The position numbers were made by a program, and so were the translations under genes. Positions 18,055 to 26,445 of a DNA stretch of 32,000 nucleotides are shown here, one piece after another; the stretch's first letter is position 1, and every line of letters starts with the position of its first letter. Origin of the DNA: Patescibacteria group bacterium (lineage in GTDB: Bacteria; Patescibacteriota; Minisyncoccia; UBA6257; HR35); assembly GCA_023480925.1 (NCBI GenBank), contig JAMCWY010000015.1, positions 8,338 to 40,337 of the forward strand, given 5' to 3'. The notes below the pieces were generated by a model. That model made no database searches. It was not told where the DNA came from and saw only the letters and a list, made by a program, of their open reading frames with translations.

Positions 18055-18990
18055 ATGATTAGACCAGTCAAGACGAAAGCAAAGAGAAAGAAAAAAAAAT
18101 TAAATTGGCCGGCTGGTTTTACCTTGATTGAAATTTTAATTTACTTCGCCATTTTGATGATCTTGATTGTCATTCTTTTCCCGATCTTGAGTCGGTTTTT
18201 AACTTACAGCAGTTCTTATCAAAATAAAATGTTTTTGCGGTCGGAGTCGGACAAGGTTTTTCAACGTTTAGCTAACGACGCGGCTATTGCCGATAAAGTT
18301 GTTTTGTTGCCGGATTGGGGTATTGATTTTATTTTCACGCCCAGTTCAAGCCAGGAAATTCGAATGAGCCAAGCTAACTCGATCGGAGCGGGCGGCGCTC
18401 TTTCCGGTTATGGCTGGCTTTATCAAGCCGGCGGCCTCAGCCTTAACTGCGCCGACCTTGGCGTTTGCGCCAGCAGCAATTATGACGTTATCCGGGTCGC
18501 TTCAACTTCTTGTTTGACCGCCGCTTCTTCAACGCCGATCAGCGGTTACGCTTACAGCGGTTACAGCTGGTCGCCCGTGATCGGTTGGTTGAAGTGGCGC
18601 GAGGCTGATCCGACCGAACCGGTTTACGGCGTTTGCGAAAACGGAACCACTAACGCTTTGAGTGGTTATGGTTGGAACGATTTGGTTGGTTGGATTCATT
18701 TTAACGGCAGTAATTACGGCGTCAGCGACTCGACCAGCACTTTGGTTGGCGACGCTTGGAACGATACGATCGGTTGGTTGAGATTCGACGGTTCGAATCA
18801 GACGATTTATCTTTTAGAGCAAACAACTTCGACTTCGATCGAGCTGCCGATTTTAGATCCAACCGTGAGCGTGACTAATTTCCAAATTATGCCAGTCGGT
18901 CGGACGATTCAATTCGGTTTAGGTTTGGCTGATGTTGGAAAGCAATTAAGTCAGTTCGCGACAACGACGATTTATCAATGGTCAAGATAA
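18055..18990 (+). CDS. Type IV pilin-like protein with prepilin cleavage/methylation motif and an aromatic GW-repeat, Cys-containing head domain
   Basis: Basic leader MIRPVKTKAKRKKKKLNWPAG followed by FTLIEILIYFAILMILIVIL (Gly21, Glu at +5). Four repeats of the type LSGYGWNDLVGWIHF and four Cys residues. Confidence 0.8.
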   Translation: MIRPVKTKAKRKKKKLNWPAGFTLIEILIYFAILMILIVILFPILSRFLTYSSSYQNKMFLRSESDKVFQRLANDAAIADKVVLLPDWGIDFIFTPSSSQEIRMSQANSIGAGGALSGYGWLYQAGGLSLNCADLGVCASSNYDVIRVASTSCLTAASSTPISGYAYSGYSWSPVIGWLKWREADPTEPVYGVCENGTTNALSGYGWNDLVGWIHFNGSNYGVSDSTSTLVGDAWNDTIGWLRFDGSNQTIYLLEQTTSTSIELPILDPTVSVTNFQIMPVGRTIQFGLGLADVGKQLSQFATTTIYQWSR

Positions 18991-19391
18991 AAAATCGGGG
19001 TCAGGTCCTTTTCGGTATCGTTTTGATATTTTTGTTGATCGCTCTATTTTTCGTCATTAGTTTAAACTCTTTGCTGGTTAACGAAGTTTCGAACGGTCAG
19101 GCTTTAATCCAGAGCGTTCAGGCGAAGGCCGCCGCTTTTTCCGGCTTAGAGCTAGCTTTGGAACAAATCGCCGCCCAGCCGGGCACGACGACGGCGACGA
19201 CAACGATCAATTTTAACGGCAGTTCGGTTAATTATTTAATCAGTACGACTTCGGCCAACACTTCAATTGTTTTAGTTCAGTCAACAACCGTCAGAACGTC
19301 CACCACGATTAACATCGTTGGCGAAAGTTTCAAGACGACAGTTTTAACTTCCGGCAATAAAATTAGCCAAGTCAAGATTAGTTCGAATTAA
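18978..19391 (+). CDS. PilX-N-like minor pilin / pseudopilin
   Basis: RGQVLFGIVLIFLLIALFFVISLNSLL followed by QSVQAKAAAFSGLELALEQI resembles the PilX N-terminal domain (hydrophobic helix, then Q-A-x-x-A-A-E-A-G-L). 13-nt overlap with the preceding pilin gene. Confidence 0.6.
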   Translation: MVKIKNRGQVLFGIVLIFLLIALFFVISLNSLLVNEVSNGQALIQSVQAKAAAFSGLELALEQIAAQPGTTTATTTINFNGSSVNYLISTTSANTSIVLVQSTTVRTSTTINIVGESFKTTVLTSGNKISQVKISSN

Positions 19392-19443
19392 GAAGATTGA
19401 AATAAAAAATTAAAATAATAACGTATTAAAACTTATTAATTTT

Positions 19444-19532
19444 GCTGAGGTGGCGAAATTGGCAGACGCGCAAGGTTCAGGGCCTTGTCCTTGGTAACAA
19501 GGATGTGGGTTCGACTCCCACCCTCAGCACCA
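19444..19532 (+). tRNA. tRNA-Leu (anticodon CAG), long variable arm, genomically encoded CCA
   Basis: Hand fold: acceptor GCTGAGG/CCTCAGC, anticodon stem CAAGG/CCTTG with loop TTCAGGG, long variable arm TCCTTGGTAACAAGGAT, T arm GTGGG-TTCGACT-CCCAC, then A-CCA. Confidence 0.92.
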
Positions 19533-19658
19533 AAGCGATCAAAGTTAAAAATTGATCCAGTCTGAAATTAATTTAATCTTTAGCCTTCCGATCAAAGATC
19601 CGGCGGCTAAAAAGTTTATTCGTCGCAACTTGAAGTTGAGAATAAAAAATAAATAGCA

Positions 19659-21440
19659 ATGGCAAATCCAATTGTTTTGGAAAAAATCAAAAGAGAAGCT
19701 CGATCGAAGTCGAAAAAGGAAATAATTAAAGAACCAATTGATGGCGTTTTAAGAATTATCCCGCTCGGCGGCTTGGAAGAGGTTGGTCGCAATCTGACCG
19801 CGCTCGAGTGGCGGCAAAAAAATGGTCAATCGGAAATAATCATTATTGACGTTGGCATCGGTTTCCCGGAATCGGAAATTATGCCTGGAATAGATTTTAT
19901 CATTCCCAATACCGAGTACTTGGAAAAAAACAAGGAGAACATTTTGGCGATCCTAATCACGCATGGCCACTACGACCACATTGGCGCCTTGCCTTACCTG
20001 CTTGAAAAAATTGGCAATCCGATTATTTACACCGCGCCTCTGACCAAGGGCCTAATTCTTAAACGTCAAGCCGATTTCCCCGAAGCGGTTAAACCCGCGA
20101 TTGAGGAAATTAAAAAAACCGGCTATCGGCCGATTAGGCTTGGCCATTTTACGATTGAGTATTTTCACGTTAATCACAGCATTCCCGACTCGCTTGGCTT
20201 TTTTATCAAAACGCCGGTCGGTAATATTATGCACACCGGCGATTTTAAAATAGACTTTACGCCGGTTTTTGATCAGCCGGCCGACCTGGGCCGCGTTGTC
20301 CAATTGGCCGAAGAGGGCGTTAAGGTTTTGATGATGGATTCAACTAACGCCAATAATCCCGGCCATCTTGTCTCGGAAAGAAAAATTATGGAAAACCTCG
20401 AGTTGATTTTTCAGAAAGCAAAAGGTCGGGTTATCGCCGCGACTTTCGCTTCTTTACTTGAACGAATCCAACAGTTAATTTATCTCTCCGGTGTTTACGG
20501 CCGGAAGGTTGTGATCGAAGGTCATTCGATGAAAATTAACACCGAGGTGGCGAAAAGACTTAATTATCTCAGCTACCCCAAGGGCATTTTTATCCGGCCG
20601 GAGGAATCTTTAAAAATGCCGCCGCATCAGGTTTCAATCTTTTGCACCGGTTCTCAGGCCGAAGACGGTTCGGTCTTGAGCAAGATTGCCGACCGCGAAC
20701 ATCGTTACTTTCGGATTATTCCAAACGACACGGTTGTTTTTTCTTCTTCAATCATTCCCGGCAACGAAAATGTCGTTCAGGATTTAAAGGATGTTTTAGT
20801 CCGACAGGGCGCGAAAATTATTCATTACCAGATGATGGATATTCATGCTTCCGGCCACGCCTTCGCCGATGACATCAGATTATTTACGAGTTTGGTCAAA
20901 CCGGAATATCTGATGCCGGTTCACGGCTACTTTCATATGCAGAAAGCGGTTGAGGAAATTGGCGTTGAGCTTGGCCTTCCTCGAGAAAACATCATTATCG
21001 CTCAAAACGGTTCCGTGGTCGAAGTTAAATCGAACAAGGTTGTTTTAAGCCAAGAGCGTCAACCGGCCAATCTTGTTTATGTTGACGGTTTGGGCGTTGG
21101 CGATATCGGCGAAGTTGTTTTGCGCGATCGTCAAACGCTCGCCCAAGACGGAATTTTTGTCGTGATCGTGACGGTTGACAGTCAGACCGGCGATACCAGA
21201 ACCAGCCCGGATATTATTTCTCGCGGTTTTGTTTATCTGAAAGAATCGAAAGAGCTTTTGCGCGAAACGAGGGATTTAATCAAACGCGTGATCGAAAAGA
21301 ACGTTAGGTTTTTGGGCGAGGAGTCGCCAATCATTCAGGATGAACAAATCAAGTATCGGTTGAAAGAAGAAGTGGCCGAGTTTTTGTTTAAACGAACAAA
21401 ACGTCGACCGATGGTTCTGCCGGTCGTAATCAAAATTTAA
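19659..21440 (+). CDS. rnj: Ribonuclease J (metallo-beta-lactamase / beta-CASP family)
   Basis: LRIIPLGGLEEVGRN N-terminus and HGHYDHIGALPYL (HxHxDH) motif. beta-CASP and C-terminal domains consistent with a 593-aa RNase J. Confidence 0.9.
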   Translation: MANPIVLEKIKREARSKSKKEIIKEPIDGVLRIIPLGGLEEVGRNLTALEWRQKNGQSEIIIIDVGIGFPESEIMPGIDFIIPNTEYLEKNKENILAILITHGHYDHIGALPYLLEKIGNPIIYTAPLTKGLILKRQADFPEAVKPAIEEIKKTGYRPIRLGHFTIEYFHVNHSIPDSLGFFIKTPVGNIMHTGDFKIDFTPVFDQPADLGRVVQLAEEGVKVLMMDSTNANNPGHLVSERKIMENLELIFQKAKGRVIAATFASLLERIQQLIYLSGVYGRKVVIEGHSMKINTEVAKRLNYLSYPKGIFIRPEESLKMPPHQVSIFCTGSQAEDGSVLSKIADREHRYFRIIPNDTVVFSSSIIPGNENVVQDLKDVLVRQGAKIIHYQMMDIHASGHAFADDIRLFTSLVKPEYLMPVHGYFHMQKAVEEIGVELGLPRENIIIAQNGSVVEVKSNKVVLSQERQPANLVYVDGLGVGDIGEVVLRDRQTLAQDGIFVVIVTVDSQTGDTRTSPDIISRGFVYLKESKELLRETRDLIKRVIEKNVRFLGEESPIIQDEQIKYRLKEEVAEFLFKRTKRRPMVLPVVIKI

Positions 21441-21460
21441 CCAAAATAATTTTAAATAAT

Positions 21461-22513
21461 TTGGCGATGCTAATTTTGGCGATCGAGACAACTTGTGACG
21501 AAACCGGTTTGGCCCTGGTTGATTTTCGGGTCGATGCGGACGCCGACGAAGTTAAAATTTTGGCTGAAGAGTTACGGTCTCAATTTAGCCTTCACCGAAA
21601 ATATGGCGGCGTTGTCCCAATTTTGGCCAGCCGGGCTCATCGAAAAAACTTGCCGATTCTTTACGAGCGGATTAAAAACAAATTCGATCTTAAAAAAATT
21701 GACGCGATTGCTTTCGCTGTTGGCCCGGGTTTGCCGCCAGCCTTGATCGCCGGAAAAGAGTTTGTGATCAAGATCGCCGAAGAATTGGATAAAAAAATTA
21801 TTCCGGTTAATCATATGTGTGGTCATCTTTATTCCGTTCTGGTGGCGAAAAAGAAAAAAGCGGTTTGGCAAAAATTAAAAAAAATTATTTTTCCGGCTCT
21901 TGGTTTAGTCGTCTCGGGCGGCCACACCGAACTTTTAGCGATGGATTCGCTGACGCGATTCAAAAAATTAGGCGAGACCTTGGACGACGCTGTTGGTGAA
22001 AGTTTGGACAAGGCCGGCCGCTTATTAGAACTGCCTTATCCGGGCGGACCGAATTTGGAAAAACTGGCTTTAAGAGGAAAACCGTTTTTTTCTTTGCCTC
22101 AGCCAATGTCGAGGCAGAAAAGTTTTAATTTTAGTTTTTCCGGTTTAAAGACCGCTTTGGCCGAAAAGGTTGATGAACTTAAAAAAATTAATCGGTTCAA
22201 TCAGGAGATTAAACAAGACCTGGCTTGTTCTTACCAAAAGGCCACTTTTGAATCTTTGATTTTTAAATTAAAATCAGCCGCGGAAAATTTTCAGCCGAAA
22301 TCAATTCTGGTCAGCGGCGGCGTCAGCGCCAATTTAACTTTAAGAAAGTTTTTAATCAAAATTTTTCCTAAGAAAAAAATATTTTTTCCGGCCAAGGGTT
22401 TGGAAACCGATGACGGCGTTAAGGTCGCCTTAGCCGGTTATTTCGCTCTTAAAAACAAAATTGAGCTAAAAGAAAGTTTTAGTTTGGATATTGATTCGAA
22501 TTTGGATCTTTAA
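21461..22513 (+). CDS. tsaD: tRNA N6-adenosine threonylcarbamoyltransferase
   Basis: ILAIETTCDETGLALV N-terminus, metal-binding VNHMCGHL, VSGGHTELL and LVSGGVSAN motifs of the Kae1/TsaD family. Confidence 0.9.
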   Translation: MAMLILAIETTCDETGLALVDFRVDADADEVKILAEELRSQFSLHRKYGGVVPILASRAHRKNLPILYERIKNKFDLKKIDAIAFAVGPGLPPALIAGKEFVIKIAEELDKKIIPVNHMCGHLYSVLVAKKKKAVWQKLKKIIFPALGLVVSGGHTELLAMDSLTRFKKLGETLDDAVGESLDKAGRLLELPYPGGPNLEKLALRGKPFFSLPQPMSRQKSFNFSFSGLKTALAEKVDELKKINRFNQEIKQDLACSYQKATFESLIFKLKSAAENFQPKSILVSGGVSANLTLRKFLIKIFPKKKIFFPAKGLETDDGVKVALAGYFALKNKIELKESFSLDIDSNLDL

Positions 22514-22632
22514 TTTTTACTCGATTCAATTCGGTTTATCGCCAAAGCGTCATTAATTAAGCCTGTAATTTCAAGCGGTTTCAGTCTAATTCTTCGGCCC
22601 AAACCGACGCTGATAGTTTATAATAATAAATT

Positions 22633-24771
22633 ATGACCGAAGCGGCTAAACATTACAATCCCAAAGAAATCGAGCGGAAGATTTACGAAAAATGGCAGCC
22701 ATTTTTTAAGGTTGGAAAACAAAAAGGCAAAAAAACTTTTATCGCCCTAATCGCGCCGCCAAATATCACCGGCGTTCTTCATCTTGGCCACGCTTTGGAA
22801 AATACTATGATTGATATTATGGCTCGGTATCACCGTTTTAAGGGTGACCGAGTTATCTGGTTGCCTGGGACGGATCATGCTTCGATTTCGACCCAAAACG
22901 TGGTCGAGAAAAAATTAAAAAAACAGGGTTTGACTCGATTTGATCTCGGCCGAAAAAAGTTTCTCGAAGAAGTTTGGCGTTGGCGCGATCAGTTCGGCGA
23001 CTTGATTCTTGAACAGTTCAAGCGAATTGGCATCAGTCCCGACTGGTCGAGAATCAGATTTACTCTGGATAAGGAGTACGTCAAAACCGTCGAGGATGCC
23101 TTTATTCACTACTATAAAAAAGGTTTGATCTACCGCGATGACCGCGCTATTAACTTTTGTCCGCGTTGCCAGACGAGTTTGTCCGATTTGGAAATCGATT
23201 GGCGCGAAAATAACGGCAATCTTTTTTACATCCGCTATAAAATTAAAGCCGGTTCGAACGAAGATTTGATTGTTGCGACGACTCGGCCCGAAACGATCTT
23301 GGCCGATGTCGCCTTGGCTGTTAGCCCAACGGACAAACGATATCAAAAATATCTCGGCGAAAAAGCGATCTTGCCACTGGTCAACCGTGAAATTTTAATT
23401 ATCGCGGATAAGCGGGTTGATCCAAATTTTGGCACGGGTGTTTTGAAGATAACGCCGGCTCACAGTCTGATTGATTATGAAATCGCTCAACGTCACTCCT
23501 TGCCGATGATATCGGTGATTGACCAGGAGGCTAAAATTTGCAACTCCTTGCCGGAATTCAACGGTTTGGATTGGCTCGAAGCGCGCGAGAAAATTATCGA
23601 ACGATTAAAAGCGATCCAGGCTTTGGAAAAAATCGAAGTCTACCAACACTCGTTGCCGTACTGCGAACGTTGCGGCACCGCTCTTCAAGTTATTCCTTCA
23701 AAAGAGTGGTTTTTAAAGATGAAAGATTTGGCCGAGTTGGCTAAGGCGGCGGTTAAGCAAAAAAAAGTTAGGATTAGCCCGGACCGGTTTAAAAAAGTTT
23801 ATTTTGATTGGTTGAAAAACGTTCGGGATTGGTGCGTCTCGAGAAAAATTTGGTGGGGTCAACAATTACCGGTTTGGTTTTGCCAGAATTGTTTGAAAAA
23901 TAAGAGCGATGTTTACAAGATCTCGCGTTTGAAGCCGCAGTCAAATTGTAACGTTTGTAAAAAACAAAATTGGTCAAGGACGGAGGAAGTTTTTGATACT
24001 TGGTTTTCTTCCGCTCTTTGGCCTTTCGCCATTTTGTATTCAAAAAAAGAACAGGTTTGGTATCCAGCCGATATTGTTTCTTCGGCTCGGGATATTTTTC
24101 ATCTTTGGATCACGCGGATGATTTTTTCCGGTTTTTACTTCAAGGGCAAAGAACCGTTTAAAAAAGTTTTTATTCATCCGACCATTATGAATAAGGCCGG
24201 TCAACGGATGTCGAAAAGTCTTGGCACGGGCATTGATCCGATCGAGTTGGTTGAAAAATACGGCGCCGACGTTTTACGTTTCGGTCTGATTTGGCAAGCT
24301 CAACAAACTCAGGATCTTCGTTTTAACGAAGATTATTTTGAAACCGGTTCGAAATTTGCCAATAAGGTTTGGAACGCCGTTCGTTTTTACCAGATTTTTA
24401 AAGACAAAAACAAAGAAAGCCGCGCGGACAATGGCAATTTAACCAAGGCCGATCAATTAATTTTAAAAGATCTTAAAAAAACTATTAACTTGGTCGAGAA
24501 GAAAATTTTAAATTTTGAATTTTCACCCGCCTTGCAGTCAATTTATCGATTTTTCTGGAATCGTTTTTGCGATGTTTATCTTGAAAGTTCGAAAACAGGC
24601 AAAAACAACGATAAGGTTTTAGAGCTTGTTATTTTTGATTCGCTTAAACTTCTTCATCCCTTTATGCCATTTTTGACCGAGCAGCTTTGGTTAAATCTTG
24701 GCCAAAAAAAACTTTTATTTCTTCAATCTTGGCCCGAGACCAAAACAATCGATCAGTTTCTAAAAAAATAA
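22633..24771 (+). CDS. valS: Valine--tRNA ligase (short form, 712 aa)
   Basis: PPNITGVLHLGHAL (HIGH), RMSKSLGT (KMSKS), ValRS-specific TTRPETILADVALAV and GTGVLKITPAHSLIDYEIAQRH editing-domain blocks. Ends shortly after the HPFMPFLTEQLW block. Confidence 0.92.
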   Translation: MTEAAKHYNPKEIERKIYEKWQPFFKVGKQKGKKTFIALIAPPNITGVLHLGHALENTMIDIMARYHRFKGDRVIWLPGTDHASISTQNVVEKKLKKQGLTRFDLGRKKFLEEVWRWRDQFGDLILEQFKRIGISPDWSRIRFTLDKEYVKTVEDAFIHYYKKGLIYRDDRAINFCPRCQTSLSDLEIDWRENNGNLFYIRYKIKAGSNEDLIVATTRPETILADVALAVSPTDKRYQKYLGEKAILPLVNREILIIADKRVDPNFGTGVLKITPAHSLIDYEIAQRHSLPMISVIDQEAKICNSLPEFNGLDWLEAREKIIERLKAIQALEKIEVYQHSLPYCERCGTALQVIPSKEWFLKMKDLAELAKAAVKQKKVRISPDRFKKVYFDWLKNVRDWCVSRKIWWGQQLPVWFCQNCLKNKSDVYKISRLKPQSNCNVCKKQNWSRTEEVFDTWFSSALWPFAILYSKKEQVWYPADIVSSARDIFHLWITRMIFSGFYFKGKEPFKKVFIHPTIMNKAGQRMSKSLGTGIDPIELVEKYGADVLRFGLIWQAQQTQDLRFNEDYFETGSKFANKVWNAVRFYQIFKDKNKESRADNGNLTKADQLILKDLKKTINLVEKKILNFEFSPALQSIYRFFWNRFCDVYLESSKTGKNNDKVLELVIFDSLKLLHPFMPFLTEQLWLNLGQKKLLFLQSWPETKTIDQFLKK

Positions 24772-24781
24772 ATAACAAACA

Positions 24782-25513
24782 ATGTTTAGTTTCGCGAGCC
24801 AACTGGTTTGTTTCCAGGATAAAAATTTTCTTTATGTTTTAGTTTTAGCTTTCTTACCTATTTGGCTTTGGCTCGGTTTTCTCAAAAGAGAGGATAAACA
24901 TCACGAATCTTTTTATCGTTGGTTTTTTATCTTTCTGCTTGGCTTTGGCGCCTTGATTCTGAGTTATTTCGGCGAAAACTTTTTGACTCAAATTGGTTTG
25001 ACTGATCAGAGTAATCCCTCCGCCTATTTTTTTTACAGCGCCCTGATCGAAGAGTTGGCGAAATTTTTAATCGTTTTCGTTTTTGTCTTTTCTTGGCAGG
25101 GCCAGCGTCAGCCAATCGAGGTGATGACGGATATGGGTTTGGTCGCTCTTGGTTTTGCTTTTTTTGAGAATTTTGTCGTTCTTTGCAACTCCGTCTTGGC
25201 CGGCCAGTTTGCCTTGATTATTATCGCGATTTTAAGATTCCTGGGAGCGAATTTTCTTCATTTGCTCGCCTCGGTTTTGATTGGTTTTGGTTACGCCGAA
25301 AGTTCAAAGCTAAGGCGGATTTTTCCATTTTTAATCAGCTTTGTTTTCGCCGTTGCCTTGCATTCAAGTTATAATCTTTTGATTGCTTTGAACAATGGCG
25401 AGAATATTTATTACATCTTTCCAATTCTTTGGGCGGCCTTCTTTCTTGTTTTAAAAGAGTTTGATATAATTAAATTAAAAGATGAGCGAGTTAGATTACA
25501 CCCATCCAATTAA
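24782..25513 (+). CDS. prsW: PrsW family intramembrane glutamic/metallo-protease
   Basis: Polytopic membrane protein with ALIEELAKFLIV (EExxK) and downstream His-containing helices (FLHLLASVLIGFGY, ALHSSYNLL), as in PrsW-type proteases. Confidence 0.75.
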   Translation: MFSFASQLVCFQDKNFLYVLVLAFLPIWLWLGFLKREDKHHESFYRWFFIFLLGFGALILSYFGENFLTQIGLTDQSNPSAYFFYSALIEELAKFLIVFVFVFSWQGQRQPIEVMTDMGLVALGFAFFENFVVLCNSVLAGQFALIIIAILRFLGANFLHLLASVLIGFGYAESSKLRRIFPFLISFVFAVALHSSYNLLIALNNGENIYYIFPILWAAFFLVLKEFDIIKLKDERVRLHPSN

Positions 25514-25856
25514 TTTGGAGAACGAAGAAGAGGGGCAGTTGAGTATTGATGTTTATCAGACCGAAAATCGCGTTGTCGTTATCTCGACTGTTTCCGGCGT
25601 GACTATGGACGATCTTGAAATTCTTGTTCATGTTGATATGCTTATTATCCGCGGCCGCCGCCTGCCGCCCGAAGCAGTTAAACCGGAACAATATCTTTAC
25701 CGCGATTGCTACTGGGGACCGTTTTCTCGGACAATCATTTTGCCTCGCGACGTTGACCTTTCTCAAATTAAGGCTTCGATTAAAAACGGTATTTTAATGA
25801 TTAGCTTGCCGCGCGTTCAAGGCGAAGCATTTAAAAAAATTTCGGTTGAAACCTAA
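25482..25856 (+). CDS. Hsp20/alpha-crystallin family small heat-shock protein
   Basis: LSIDVYQTENRVVVISTVSGVTMDDLEILVHVDMLIIRG and C-terminal NGILMISLPR match the alpha-crystallin domain pattern. The ATG at 25482 overlaps the prsW 3' end by 32 nt. Confidence 0.85.
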   Translation: MSELDYTHPINLENEEEGQLSIDVYQTENRVVVISTVSGVTMDDLEILVHVDMLIIRGRRLPPEAVKPEQYLYRDCYWGPFSRTIILPRDVDLSQIKASIKNGILMISLPRVQGEAFKKISVET

Positions 25857-25892
25857 TTTTTCTTTGATTAAAAAATAAAAATTAAAATAATC

Positions 25893-25967
25893 GCCGAAGT
25901 AGCTCAGTGGTAGAGCGCATGCCTGAAGAGCATGGCGTCGGGGGTCCGATTCCCTCCTTCGGCACCA
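25893..25967 (+). tRNA. tRNA-Phe (anticodon GAA), encoded CCA, non-canonical T loop (TCCGATT)
   Basis: Hand fold: acceptor GCCGAAG/CTTCGGC, D arm GCTC-AGTGGTA-GAGC, anticodon stem CATGC/GCATG with loop CTGAAGA, variable GCGTC, T arm GGGGG-TCCGATT-CCCTC, then A-CCA. Confidence 0.9.
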
Positions 25968-26414
25968 ATCTCTATCTTACCAAGCTCGCATCTATTTTCA
26001 AAATCGCTGATATTTCGCACGCACGGAGCGCGCGGTGGCCCGAAACTAAATCGGACGCTCGGAGAAAGCCACGCCACCGCCTCGCTCTACTCGACAACCC
26101 CAAAAGAAAAAACACTCCTTGCATTTCTGATTTTGCGCGCGCCACCCAAAAATTCTTCTAAAAAGGAAAAGAAAGTTTTTCTGATCGGCTCCGCGCTCTC
26201 GCGTGGGCGGCGGGGCTACATGCCGTGGGCTACTGCCCAATCGATAATCGACTCGTCAAGTTGGTAAAAATTCTTTTCAGTGACCGTTACCACAACACCA
26301 TCAAGCGGATATCCCACCTGTGTGAGGGTTTTAGACAACGATCGCGACATTCATTTCATTTTCGTGTTTGTTAATCGGCGCGCGTTTAAAATGTTATTGT
26401 TGGAGAAATGGCAA

Positions 26415-26420
26415 TATAAT
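26415..26420 (+). promoter_or_regulatory. Candidate -10 box (TATAAT) 26 nt upstream of tRNA-Ile
   Basis: TATAAT read directly. I could not identify a convincing -35 at proper spacing. Confidence 0.3.
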
Positions 26421-26445
26421 TAAATTAATCGGATTGAATCGATAA

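Noticed and set aside
22514-22632. T-box or other leader upstream of valS
   Set aside because: 119 nt is too short for a T-box. I could not find the conserved T-box sequence or a specifier/antiterminator arrangement.
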